Sequence record: NC_047885.1 | Strand: one strand, 5' to 3' | Source of the DNA: Escherichia phage chee24 | Length of the DNA stretch: 64,000 nucleotides | In this document: piece by piece, positions 29,340-37,401 of the stretch | Numbering within the stretch: the first letter of the stretch is position 1 | Layout of the letters: each line of letters opens with the position of its first letter | The notes under the pieces: model-generated | Database searches by the model: none | Told to the model about the DNA's origin: nothing | What the model saw: only the letters and a program-made list of their open reading frames with translations | Made by a program: the position numbers and the translations under genes

Positions 29340-29414
29340 TGGTGCGGGATACGAGAGTCGAACTCGTGTCTACTGGTTGGAAGCCAGTTATTCTAACCAC
29401 TGAACTAATCACGC
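29340..29414 (-). tRNA. tRNA-Gly (TCC)
   Basis: Hand-folded; anticodon arm ACTGG-CTTCCAA-CCAGT; T-loop TTCGACT. Confidence 0.65.
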
Positions 29415-29421
29415 ATTAATT

Positions 29422-29497
29422 TGGCTGGAGAAGGAGGAATCGAACCTACCATTAACGGAGTCAAAGGCCGTTGTGCTAACCGTTACACTACTCTCCA
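29422..29497 (-). tRNA. tRNA-Gln (TTG)
   Basis: Hand-folded; anticodon loop CTTTGAC; T-loop TTCGATT. Confidence 0.6.
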
Positions 29498-29503
29498 ATA
29501 ATT

Positions 29504-29579
29504 TGGCTGGGATGCCACGGATCGAACGTGGAACCTTCGGAGTCAGAGGCCGACGATCTGCCAATTGATCTACATCCCA
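29504..29579 (-). tRNA. tRNA-Gln (CTG)
   Basis: Hand-folded; anticodon loop CTCTGAC; perfect T-stem CCACG/CGTGG. Confidence 0.65.
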
Positions 29580-29592
29580 ATAATTCTTTACT

Positions 29593-29787
29593 CTACGGAA
29601 GTGGAGTAGTTGGCTCAGGTTCTTCAAGGCGCTTACCTTCATGATCTACTCGAATGACTCCGCATCCTTCGCAAACCACAACTGCACCATAACCTTCTTT
29701 GACTTCGGCTTCTGTAATCAGACCAGATAAGTCACCAGTATCTCTGCCCCACATATCAAGGGAGCATTGCTTGCAGAAATCAGCCAT
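29593..29787 (-). CDS. Cys-rich small protein (64 aa)
   Basis: ORF with CxxC..CxxC; between tRNA genes. Confidence 0.4.
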   Translation of the reverse strand: MADFCKQCSLDMWGRDTGDLSGLITEAEVKEGYGAVVVCEGCGVIRVDHEGKRLEEPEPTTPLP

Positions 29788-29811
29788 ATTTTATTTCCTA
29801 TTTAAGTTAAT

Positions 29812-29889
29812 TTGGGGTGGCTAGTGGAATTCGAATCCACATAGGCCTGATTCACAATCAGGATCATTAACCAATTATGATATAGCCAC
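29812..29889 (-). tRNA. tRNA-His (GTG)
   Basis: Hand-folded; anticodon arm CCTGA-TTGTGAA-TCAGG; extra 5' G typical of tRNA-His. Confidence 0.7.
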
Positions 29890-30117
29890 AATTGAAAACT
29901 CGCAGGGTTAGCGAAACCATCCTCAATTAGCATGTTCTAGAATACTAATCAAGTTATCTCCTATTGCACGCAGCTCAAGACGAGTACGAATTTTCAATTG
30001 TGGCGGCTCTCAGAAACTCTTCTATTCTAGCCCCAGAAGCTTACCCCCGAACGCATGTCGGGAAAGTCTTTCCAAGCGCATCAAATAGCACCGTTACACT
30101 TTGAGCCATTGATATAT

Positions 30118-30203
30118 CAAGGAACAGAAGGAGTTGAACCTTCACGAGATAGACCATTTATCTCAACCGCTTTTAAGGTATATTTCTAGGAGTGGATGTT
30201 CCT
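30118..30203 (-). other. tRNA-like element (perfect acceptor and T-arm, non-canonical D/anticodon region)
   Basis: Acceptor AGGAACA/TGTTCCT, T-arm GAAGG-TTCAACT-CCTTC, internal hairpin GAGATA..TATCTC; no standard anticodon loop found. Confidence 0.35.
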
Positions 30204-30257
30204 AGTAAACCTATTCGGCAGTCCCGTCTACCAATTCCGGCATATTCCAAGAATTTT

Positions 30258-30431
30258 TTATAAACCAGCAGAAGCCTCATTTAAAGCATCAACAATAGCT
30301 TCACGCTGGGTCATTCCGTACCCGGTGGAATCTAGGTGCGGCAAATAAGCCATCCACCCCTTATCTGTTTCATGAAGACATGCTTTAAATTTTTTACCAT
30401 CCTTCATTGTTACAGTAACTGTTTTGCTCAT
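30258..30431 (-). CDS. hypothetical small protein (57 aa)
   Basis: Hand-translated ORF with AAGGAAG RBS. Confidence 0.35.
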   Translation of the reverse strand: MSKTVTVTMKDGKKFKACLHETDKGWMAYLPHLDSTGYGMTQREAIVDALNEASAGL

Positions 30432-30451
30432 AAGACTTCCTTATAGTTAAT

Positions 30452-30541
30452 TGGCAGAAGATAATGGAGTCGAACCATCACCGTATCACTACAGCGGGCT
30501 GGTTTTCAAGACCAGTTACGTACCACTACGTCCTATCTTCT
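30452..30541 (-). tRNA. tRNA-Ser (TGA), class II
   Basis: 90 nt; anticodon arm CTGGT-CTTGAAA-ACCAG; long variable arm. Confidence 0.65.
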
Positions 30542-30554
30542 AGTATTTATTATA

Positions 30555-30902
30555 CTAATAGTCACTCGTACTAGTGAAATCTTCTACTTTTCCACAAATT
30601 TTACAAGTCCTACGATGATAGTAGGTAATTTTTACTTTAGACCAGCCATCGTGATCATTACCTAGGTTTTCTGTTACTCCCCAAGTATGGGAACACTCAT
30701 TTTCAATTTGCTTAGTAAGAGCGTTATAGCGAGTATAAAACTCCTCCTGGGCAATAGCAAACTCTTTCTGTAGTTTATCACGAGCAATAATAGCACGTTC
30801 CAGATATGTTAAATCGGGCATTCCAGCTTTTTCAGCAGCATCTATAACCTTATCTTCATCTAAAGATGCTAAAAACTCTAGAGCTTTATCTTTTGCTAAC
30901 AT
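30555..30902 (-). CDS. hypothetical protein (115 aa)
   Basis: ORF. Confidence 0.5.
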   Translation of the reverse strand: MLAKDKALEFLASLDEDKVIDAAEKAGMPDLTYLERAIIARDKLQKEFAIAQEEFYTRYNALTKQIENECSHTWGVTENLGNDHDGWSKVKITYYHRRTCKICGKVEDFTSTSDY

Positions 30903-30924
30903 TATTATTATTACCTCAAGTGTT

Positions 30925-31015
30925 TGGCGGAAGAGGAGAGATTTGAACTCTCAAGCCGTTTTACCAGTCAGCCACTTTCCAAGCGGTTTTCGTCGCCAAT
31001 TCGATTTGCTCTTCC
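30925..31015 (-). tRNA. tRNA-Ser (GGA), class II
   Basis: 91 nt; perfect T-arm GAGAG-TTCAAAT-CTCTC; anticodon loop TTGGAAA; long variable arm; resembles E. coli tRNA-Ser architecture. Confidence 0.55.
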
Positions 31016-31127
31016 AATAATAAGATGATGCCTCTATCACGCCAGACAGTTACGCCTCGCTGGGATTCGAACCCATTAAAACAGCTCAACCGAGATAGTA
31101 GGTTTAATTTACTCTGACCATCAAATT

Positions 31128-31204
31128 TGGTGCGTGACAAGGGATTCGAACCCTCAAAACCCGACTTCTAAGGACGGTATGTATGCCAATTCCATCAATC
31201 ACGC
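31128..31204 (-). tRNA. tRNA with anticodon TAG (Leu-type anticodon, class I shape)
   Basis: 77 nt; 7-bp acceptor, T-loop TTCGAAT, anticodon loop CTTAGAA, discriminator A; short variable arm. Confidence 0.5.
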
Positions 31205-31209
31205 GTATT

Positions 31210-31288
31210 TGGTGGAGGATAACGAATTCGAATCGTTCTGATGTCCTCGGTGCAAGCGAGGTGTCCACTCCCAGCAGACCCATCCCCC
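31210..31288 (-). tRNA. tRNA-Ala (TGC)
   Basis: Hand-folded; anticodon arm CCTCG-CTTGCAC-CGAGG; G3-U70 pair in acceptor stem. Confidence 0.65.
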
Positions 31289-31546
31289 AAAATCTTTAGT
31301 TTACTAAGGCTATTAGCTCGGCGTAACTACAGCACCTTCGCTTCGAGCGGAAGGAACTGCGTCATCTCGCAAACCCGATACACTATTCAGTTGCCATGAA
31401 TCTAGTGGACTAATCTAGAACTTCTCCCAAATCGTAGGGATCGTGCTTTTTGGCAGCCAGTCCTAGGTCGAGCTAATACCTTAGTGAACTATGATGAGGA
31501 TTTCTCCCCATCAATTTATATAAATATTATAACAAGAAATTAAGCA

Positions 31547-31906
31547 TTAAGCAAGTACATTTTTGCAGATTTCTTGTAATTCCTTTACATCACGAACGTA
31601 AAGGTAGTCTGAACTTCCAGAGTGCATACTTTGCATAAACACACCCTCATCTGGCGCAGTATCCTTCAGAGTAATTCCTAACCAAAAAGCGGCAAAACGA
31701 GGTGTTACCTCACCTTGACTTGCCTTGAATACATCGGCTTCTGTGATCTCCTGACCAGTAGAAAGTCCCATATACGGTACGTTCAGATCAATATCTTTGT
31801 AGAATTCAGCTAGGTCTTGTTCGAAGTCCCAACCTTTAGAGATAGCGAACTCTATTGTTACATGACCGAAATAGCCTTGAACCTTGCTTGATAATTGCAT
31901 TTGCAA
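31547..31906 (-). CDS. hypothetical protein (119 aa)
   Basis: ORF. Confidence 0.5.
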   Translation of the reverse strand: MQMQLSSKVQGYFGHVTIEFAISKGWDFEQDLAEFYKDIDLNVPYMGLSTGQEITEADVFKASQGEVTPRFAAFWLGITLKDTAPDEGVFMQSMHSGSSDYLYVRDVKELQEICKNVLA

Positions 31907-31925
31907 TTCCTTATTTTGAGTTAAT

Positions 31926-31999
31926 TGGTACTCGGTGATAGAATCGAACTATCGCAACCGCCGTGTAAAGACGGGGTTCTCCCATTAAACTAACCGAGC
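31926..31999 (-). tRNA. tRNA-Val (TAC)
   Basis: Hand-folded; perfect T-arm GATAG-TTCGATT-CTATC; anticodon loop TTTACAC. Confidence 0.6.
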
Positions 32000-32132
32000 A
32001 AAAGATTTGCTACTAAAAATGCTTCGAACAGAAATTCACAAAATCCCGCTAAAAACATACCTATTGTAAAATCGGCAGAAAATACATAGGAATCTTTTAT
32101 TTTCTGCTTCATTAAGTAAAACCAGATAGTCA

Positions 32133-32450
32133 TTAAAATCTCTCCATTCTAAAGCCAATGAAGTAAGGTGCATTACACGGAACATGCTTAAGATCTTTAA
32201 GAGTAATTTTACGTCCTAAGCGTCGTTCCATACAAGTGAAACATAGAACAATATCTTTGGGCTGCTCTTTTCTTATCTGATCCCAGACCCAATCTTCAAC
32301 CATACACATTTCATGGTATTGTTCACAGTCTCGACAATAATGACACTGATGTTCTGGTACTTTTTGATTTTTAATACACAGTTCAGTAAAGCGTTTTCCG
32401 GCTCTGCCAGACATTTCTGATATTGTTTCTAGAACTTTGTTAATATTCAT
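32133..32450 (-). CDS. Cys/His-rich protein (105 aa)
   Basis: ORF with several Cys/His clusters. Confidence 0.45.
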   Translation of the reverse strand: MNINKVLETISEMSGRAGKRFTELCIKNQKVPEHQCHYCRDCEQYHEMCMVEDWVWDQIRKEQPKDIVLCFTCMERRLGRKITLKDLKHVPCNAPYFIGFRMERF

Positions 32451-32467
32451 AACAAATTCCTTTAAAT

Positions 32468-32546
32468 TGGTAGATCGCCTGGGACTCGAACCCAGAACCT
32501 TCCGATTAAAAGTCGGATGCTACTAAACCTATTGAGCTAGCGACCT
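32468..32546 (-). tRNA. tRNA-Lys (TTT)
   Basis: Hand-folded; anticodon arm TCCGA-CTTTTAA-TCGGA; T-arm CTGGG-TTCGAGT-CCCAG. Confidence 0.7.
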
Positions 32547-32739
32547 ATTAGTAGCCATTATATACTTCTTTAATAGAATAGACTTTTAGGTAAGAATGAT
32601 TAATCCCAAACTCCGCCATTACTTCTTTTTCATTTTTTCCATAATGTGCAAGTAAGAATCTTGAGGTATTATTACCTAAACGTTTGTCACTTACTACTAA
32701 TCGAAATACTTTCATTTCGAAATCCTCTATTAAAAGGGA

Positions 32740-32813
32740 AGCGGGTGCAGGAATCGAACCTACCTCTTTCTAGCTTATGAGACTAGCGATCTCTACCAGA
32801 GATCTAACCCGCA
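32740..32813 (-). tRNA. tRNA-Met/Ile2 (CAT)
   Basis: Hand-folded; anticodon arm CTAGT-CTCATAA-GCTAG; CCA not encoded; acceptor register uncertain. Confidence 0.55.
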
Positions 32814-32819
32814 ATTGTT

Positions 32820-32895
32820 TGGTCAGTGCGGCAGGACTCGAACCTGCGACCCGAAGCATCCAAGGCTCCCACGCTACCAACTGCGCTACGCACTG
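32820..32895 (-). tRNA. tRNA-Pro (TGG)
   Basis: Hand-folded; perfect acceptor; D-arm GCGC-AGTTGGTA-GCGT; anticodon loop CTTGGAT. Confidence 0.7.
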
Positions 32896-33347
32896 TTAAT
32901 TTTGTTAACTCACTTTATAAGATATATTATACAGAGAATTAAGTAAAATAGCAAATGAATTTTTAATAAATTTACTTATTATGTAGGCCGCCTGGAGGCT
33001 ACCAACCCCACGGCTGACAAAGAAGTTTGCGAGACTTCTCTTAAAAGCCAGAATAGACCCGCCGGTCTATCGGAACCTACATAATAAGTAAACTTTATAG
33101 TGTCATTCTAGGCAGGACTCGAACCTGCTATCACTTGTGCGGACTTACGAGAACCATTCTTTCACTCGAATCGAACGAGCTTCTGCCCTCGCCAAGCTGG
33201 TTTCCCCCATCAACCACGCTAGAATGTTAGATTGTTTTCAGTGCAAGAGTCCGAGTCTTGGACACGACCGCTTCGCAAGTACATAGGCAGCTTATCATGA
33301 GTCAGCACTTCCGAATTGCTAGCTCCGTGTTCTGCACTGAAATTTTA

Positions 33348-33695
33348 TTAGTTTAATCGTAAAGTATTATCTACTTCACCATTAATTGTTCGGCATTCCT
33401 CTGGAATTGCCGGGGTGGCCTTGTATTCCCACCATTCAGCACCGTCATATTCCCCACGTTCTAGCCAAGTTCCATCGGCAAACCATACATTACCATAAAG
33501 TAATTGTCCGCCGTATCCAGAATCATATTCAAAGTCTAGGTTATTAAGAAAATCCTCAATATCTTCTTCTGTATAGCCTAAAGGTAATACCCAGACTTTT
33601 TTGTCCCCATAATACCCAAATTCTATTTTAATACACTTAACTTCAGAATTAGTATTTTTTAAGGCAAGTAACAGCTCTTCTTTAGCATTACGCAT
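33348..33695 (-). CDS. hypothetical protein (115 aa)
   Basis: ORF. Confidence 0.5.
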   Translation of the reverse strand: MRNAKEELLLALKNTNSEVKCIKIEFGYYGDKKVWVLPLGYTEEDIEDFLNNLDFEYDSGYGGQLLYGNVWFADGTWLERGEYDGAEWWEYKATPAIPEECRTINGEVDNTLRLN

Positions 33696-33720
33696 AATAT
33701 ATTCTCATACTGAATTAATT

Positions 33721-33797
33721 TGGCGCGACCGATGGGATTTGAACCCACATTCTCTCCCGTGACAGGGGAGTACCATTACCAAGCCAGCCCCGGTCGC
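33721..33797 (-). tRNA. tRNA-Asp (GTC)
   Basis: Hand-folded; anticodon arm CTCCC-CTGTCAC-GGGAG; T-loop TTCAAAT. Confidence 0.7.
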
Positions 33798-33806
33798 ATA
33801 ATTTAT

Positions 33807-33992
33807 TTACTCAGCTTTGAGTTTTTCAATAGCTGCATTAAGTTCTTTAAGAAACTCTTTTCGTACATTAAGACGATTGAGACTTACTAGTATATCATGT
33901 TTAAGTTCTTCGATGTATTTCTTCTCAACTTCAATATTGTTGATAGTACTATCACGATGAACTTCTAGCTGCGCAATCACATTCTTGGACAT
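33807..33992 (-). CDS. hypothetical protein (61 aa)
   Basis: ORF. Confidence 0.4.
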   Translation of the reverse strand: MSKNVIAQLEVHRDSTINNIEVEKKYIEELKHDILVSLNRLNVRKEFLKELNAAIEKLKAE

Positions 33993-34094
33993 GCTTGTTT
34001 CCTCAGTTATTAATGAAAATGGTATCTGTGGCTGAATTCGATGTCAGCAATGATAGCTGGTTGGCTACCGGTTTACTTAACTCTACACAGAATT

Positions 34095-34172
34095 TGGCGG
34101 TTCCTGCTGGATTCGAACCAGCAACCCTCAACTTAACAAGATGCCGCTCTAACCAATTAGAGCTAAGGAACC
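34095..34172 (-). tRNA. tRNA-Asn (GTT)
   Basis: Hand-folded; perfect T-arm GCTGG-TTCGAAT-CCAGC; anticodon loop TTGTTAA; anticodon stem imperfect. Confidence 0.55.
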
Positions 34173-34667
34173 ATATAAGTCAGAACTAGAGTTAATACGT
34201 CCTAGATATTTACTAAGATCCCTAGAATTTATACTAAACCACTCATGTTCTTTTAAATCTTTGAAATACTGGTGAATTAGTTTTTCACCTTTTCGTTTGT
34301 CAAACCAAAAAGACCAATGCTCTAACTTATAATCCCTATAGGGGGAATAAGTCTGATATTGAGCTAATCTCTCTTTTGGATTTTGACTCATACCTATTTT
34401 ATACTGATTTTTCCATGCAGGATTACTAATACAGTATACAAAACCTTCGGAAATAGGAAGTTTATTTTCCTGCTTAAACTTTATAAAGGAAAGTGCAGCA
34501 AGTTTTCTTGAATACATAGTATTCGTATTCTTTTTGGTATTACCATTGGTTCCTGAAAGATTTATATATTCTTCTATAAATCTCTGGATTAGTTCTGCGG
34601 TTATATAGAAGGGCTCATTAGTAACAACGCCTTTCTTTACCAAACTATCAAAAACTTTTGTATGCAC
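34149..34667 (-). CDS. T5orf172-domain (GIY-YIG-like) protein
   Basis: 172 aa; the Pfam T5orf172 family is named after a 172-aa ORF of phage T5; 3' end overlaps tRNA-Asn call by about 24 nt. Confidence 0.6.
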   Translation of the reverse strand: MHTKVFDSLVKKGVVTNEPFYITAELIQRFIEEYINLSGTNGNTKKNTNTMYSRKLAALSFIKFKQENKLPISEGFVYCISNPAWKNQYKIGMSQNPKERLAQYQTYSPYRDYKLEHWSFWFDKRKGEKLIHQYFKDLKEHEWFSINSRDLSKYLGRINSSSDLYGSLALIG

Positions 34668-34688
34668 TACTTCTTTCCTTTAGTAATT

Positions 34689-34764
34689 TGGACGACCGCA
34701 TGAGATTTGAACTCACATAAAAAGGATTTGCAATCCTTCGCCTAAGCCATTCAGCCAACGGTCG
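34689..34764 (-). tRNA. tRNA-Cys (GCA)
   Basis: Hand-folded; anticodon arm AAGGA-TTGCAAA-TCCTT; T-loop TTCAAAT. Confidence 0.7.
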
Positions 34765-34942
34765 ATTTATCTTGTTTTTCGAGATCTTCAAATTCTAAAT
34801 CATTGAAGTTCCCTAGAGTACGGGAGTAGAACCCGTCTCCTACGTCATAGCCTGATTTACCACAATCACACATTTTAAACTCTCTATAACGAGTGAAAAT
34901 ATGTTCAGAACCACAACACTTAAATTTAACTAACATTTTCAT
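34751..34942 (-). CDS. Cys-containing small protein (63 aa)
   Basis: ORF. Confidence 0.4.
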   Translation of the reverse strand: MKMLVKFKCCGSEHIFTRYREFKMCDCGKSGYDVGDGFYSRTLGNFNDLEFEDLEKQDKSTVG

Positions 34943-35181
34943 TTAACACGCTCCGGTAAATCTTCGAGTTTATATTGGGTAGCCACATTAGCAGCATCTA
35001 GTAACAAACCCATATGTTTAAGAATCCTGGTGATAGCCTCGCCTTCTGCTTCTTCTACAAAGCAACGTAGATTAACGAAGTCAATACCACCATCCATACC
35101 AGAGAAAATGTTTAGTAAGCGAAACATTACCAGCTTACGTTCTTTCAATTCTTGTTCTGTCATGTTGCTTCTCCAGTTCAA
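34939..35181 (-). CDS. hypothetical protein (80 aa)
   Basis: ORF. Confidence 0.45.
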   Translation of the reverse strand: MNWRSNMTEQELKERKLVMFRLLNIFSGMDGGIDFVNLRCFVEEAEGEAITRILKHMGLLLDAANVATQYKLEDLPERVK

Positions 35182-35213
35182 TTTATGTAATTATTATATA
35201 GAACTTTTGGAAA

Positions 35214-35501
35214 CTAAGCAACTACATTTTTTAGGAATTTGATCCCTTTCTTTTTCTTCTTATATTTCCACGTTAATGGATTCTGTCGATTATGAACGCT
35301 TGAGATCTTTGTCTCGTCAAAGTTCTTCAATATCATGTAATCACAGGATAATTGTTCTAGTGGAATGTGATCACCGTCAAAAGCGTATACATAAGGCTGT
35401 TGACTAGCACGATAATGATAGACTTTGTTAATTCTACGTTTCAGCGACTTATCCGCGCAGTAAATAAAGAAGTTTTCAGGATGCATCAGCATCTCCTTCA
35501 A
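35214..35501 (-). CDS. hypothetical protein (95 aa)
   Basis: ORF. Confidence 0.45.
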   Translation of the reverse strand: MKEMLMHPENFFIYCADKSLKRRINKVYHYRASQQPYVYAFDGDHIPLEQLSCDYMILKNFDETKISSVHNRQNPLTWKYKKKKKGIKFLKNVVA

Positions 35502-35503
35502 TT

Positions 35504-35578
35504 TGGTGCACCCTGTTCGTATCGAACGAACCTCTCAAGCTCTTCAGGCAAGCGCTAATCCATCTCAGCTAAAGGTGC
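35504..35578 (-). tRNA. tRNA-Phe (GAA)
   Basis: Hand-folded; anticodon loop CTGAAGA; T-arm GTTCG-TTCGATA-CGAAC; anticodon stem has mismatches. Confidence 0.5.
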
Positions 35579-35584
35579 AAATTT

Positions 35585-35660
35585 TGGCAAACCCACTAGG
35601 ACTCGAACCTAGACCGTACGGTTTTGGAGACCGACATGCTGTCCAGTAACACTCTAGGAA
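35585..35660 (-). other. tRNA-Trp-like 3' portion (anticodon CCA) lacking a pairing 5' acceptor strand
   Basis: T-arm CTAGG-TTCGAGT-CCTAG, CCA end and CGGTCTCCAAAACCG anticodon region resembling tRNA-Trp; no complementary 5' acceptor found. Confidence 0.35.
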
Positions 35661-35669
35661 TGCAGAAAT

Positions 35670-35763
35670 TGGTACACCCACGGAGAATTGAACTCCGATT
35701 CTCAGATTGAACTCCGATTCTCAGATTGAAATCCTGATGTCCTAGCCATTAGACGATAGGTGT
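35670..35763 (-). tRNA. tRNA-Glu (TTC) carrying a 19-nt tandem duplication
   Basis: 94 nt; acceptor, D-arm and anticodon arm TCAGG-ATTTCAA-TCTGA intact; unit ATTGAACTCCGATTCTCAG repeated at 35687-35705 and 35706-35724. Confidence 0.5.
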
Positions 35764-35771
35764 ATTAAATT

Positions 35772-35859
35772 TGGTGGGCGTTAATGGAGTCGAACCACTC
35801 GAGTCGCAATGACCAGGGATTTACAATCCCCTCCGCTACCACTTACGGAATAAACGCCC
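35772..35859 (-). tRNA. tRNA-Tyr (GTA), class II
   Basis: 88 nt; anticodon arm GGGGA-TTGTAAA-TCCCT; long variable arm; perfect acceptor. Confidence 0.65.
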
Positions 35860-35987
35860 ATATTTAGAAGCATTCAAATACTTGTTTAAACACTTTTAAA
35901 TATGTTTCCGAATTAGATAACTATTATACCAAGTTTTAAGGCACTGAGCAAGTCAAATTTTAAAGAACTTGCTCAGTGCTGTATTAG

Positions 35988-36263
35988 TTAGTCGAACTTA
36001 GGAGTGATAGTTAAGGAGAACGGAAGTTCGAAAACTTCTTCGCCCTCATTACTAACGGTAACTACACGACCTTTAAGTTCAGACATTAAAATATCAATAT
36101 CAGCTTTTGCATCTGGAGCCATGCCAGCTTCAATACATTTAGCTTTAACTTCCGGTAAAAGCTCTACGTTATAGAGATAGAGCCACTCAATCTCACCTTC
36201 CCAGTCTTCCCAGGATTTGCAGATTGCACTTTCAATACCAGTTGCTACAACACGATTTTGCAT
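35988..36263 (-). CDS. hypothetical protein (91 aa)
   Basis: ORF. Confidence 0.5.
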   Translation of the reverse strand: MQNRVVATGIESAICKSWEDWEGEIEWLYLYNVELLPEVKAKCIEAGMAPDAKADIDILMSELKGRVVTVSNEGEEVFELPFSLTITPKFD

Positions 36264-36353
36264 TAATTAACTCCTTCATCAATTTATATAACTATTATAC
36301 CAGAAATTTAAAGTAAAAGGCAAGTACATTTTTAAAAATTCTGTTTGGAGGAG

Positions 36354-36560
36354 CTAAACTCCAGATTTTTCGGCCAAGTCTAGACTAATAAGAGTTATAG
36401 CCATAATTGCTGCACCGTGTTCTTTTTCTCCGGTGTTTTTAGCAGAGTCTATAATATCCTTAATCTGTTCGTAATAACTTTTTACTTCTTGTTCAATGCC
36501 TGCCTCGGCTATCATGCCTTTAGCCATGAATCGTTGCATGGTAATTTCAGGATTAGCCAT
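36354..36560 (-). CDS. hypothetical protein (68 aa)
   Basis: ORF. Confidence 0.4.
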   Translation of the reverse strand: MANPEITMQRFMAKGMIAEAGIEQEVKSYYEQIKDIIDSAKNTGEKEHGAAIMAITLISLDLAEKSGV

Positions 36561-36735
36561 GTTGTTTCTCCAGTTTCATTTTTAATAGTTTACAGATGAA
36601 ATCAACGTCTTCATCTGTGCCTAAGTCTCTATCCTCAAGGGTCGCCTTGAAGTTTTTCGTCAATTCCATGAGGATGACTTCCCTAGAACGACGTGTTGGC
36701 GGAGGTGGATGTCTATACATCTTATTTCCTTAATT

Positions 36736-36812
36736 TGGTAGGGGTGGTGGGATTCGAACCCACAAAACCTGAATTTTAAGTCCAGTACCTATGCCAATTC
36801 GATTACACCCCC
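36736..36812 (-). tRNA. tRNA with anticodon TAA (Leu-type anticodon, class I shape)
   Basis: Hand-folded; acceptor GGGGGTG/CACCCCT, T-arm GTGGG-TTCGAAT-CCCAC, anticodon arm CTGGA-CTTAAAA-TTCAG, discriminator A. Confidence 0.5.
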
Positions 36813-37107
36813 ATGTAATCAGTTTATTAGTTGATACATATTATAGCCTAAAGAAAACCCTACTACTAATCCTACGAACCAACCAATATAATAATCTTTT
36901 AATTTCACGGGTGTCAACCTCGTTCAATATCTAGAGAAATACCACAGGTAGGATTAATGCCTGTGCCTTTGCACGTCGGACAAACCCAGATATTACAGAA
37001 TGTATCCCCTGCTTCTGCATCAGAACTTTTCCAACTCCTAGACAGTTAGGACAGGCACATTCTTCTAGCTCTTGCTTGAGTTCTTGAAACTTAGACATAT
37101 AGTTTCC

Positions 37108-37296
37108 TTATTCAATTACTTTTGAGGCTTCAAGGGAGTCGATATAGTGTACGTTTTCTACCATGATCATATAATCTGCCACTTTATCCATAGCCTGAGC
37201 TTCAGAGGTAGCCCTGGCTAACCTATATCCTTTTTTATATTCATCCGGGTATTCCCTATCTGGAATAAACACAACACAAACTAGGTATAGTTCCAC
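37108..37296 (-). CDS. hypothetical protein (62 aa)
   Basis: ORF. Confidence 0.4.
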   Translation of the reverse strand: MELYLVCVVFIPDREYPDEYKKGYRLARATSEAQAMDKVADYMIMVENVHYIDSLEASKVIE

Positions 37297-37317
37297 TTGT
37301 AACCTCTCTAATCAAGA

Positions 37318-37395
37318 TGGTGGCTCCCCGAGGATTCGAACCTACGTACCTTCCGGTTATGAGCCGGATGCTCATACCATATGAGCTTGAGAACC
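37318..37395 (-). tRNA. tRNA-Met/Ile2 (CAT)
   Basis: Hand-folded; perfect anticodon arm TCCGG-CTCATAA-CCGGA; D-arm GCTC..GAGC; T-stem weak. Confidence 0.6.
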
Positions 37396-37401
37396 AGAAT
37401 T

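Noticed and set aside
29409-29642. 77-aa minus-strand ORF
   Set aside because: Overlaps three tRNA genes (Gly, Gln, Gln), so is not coding.
31926-31999. Apparent anticodon TTA (ochre suppressor) in first-pass fold of this tRNA
   Set aside because: Refolding with a G-U containing anticodon stem (CCGTC/GGCGG) gives a standard 7-nt loop TTTACAC and anticodon TAC (Val).
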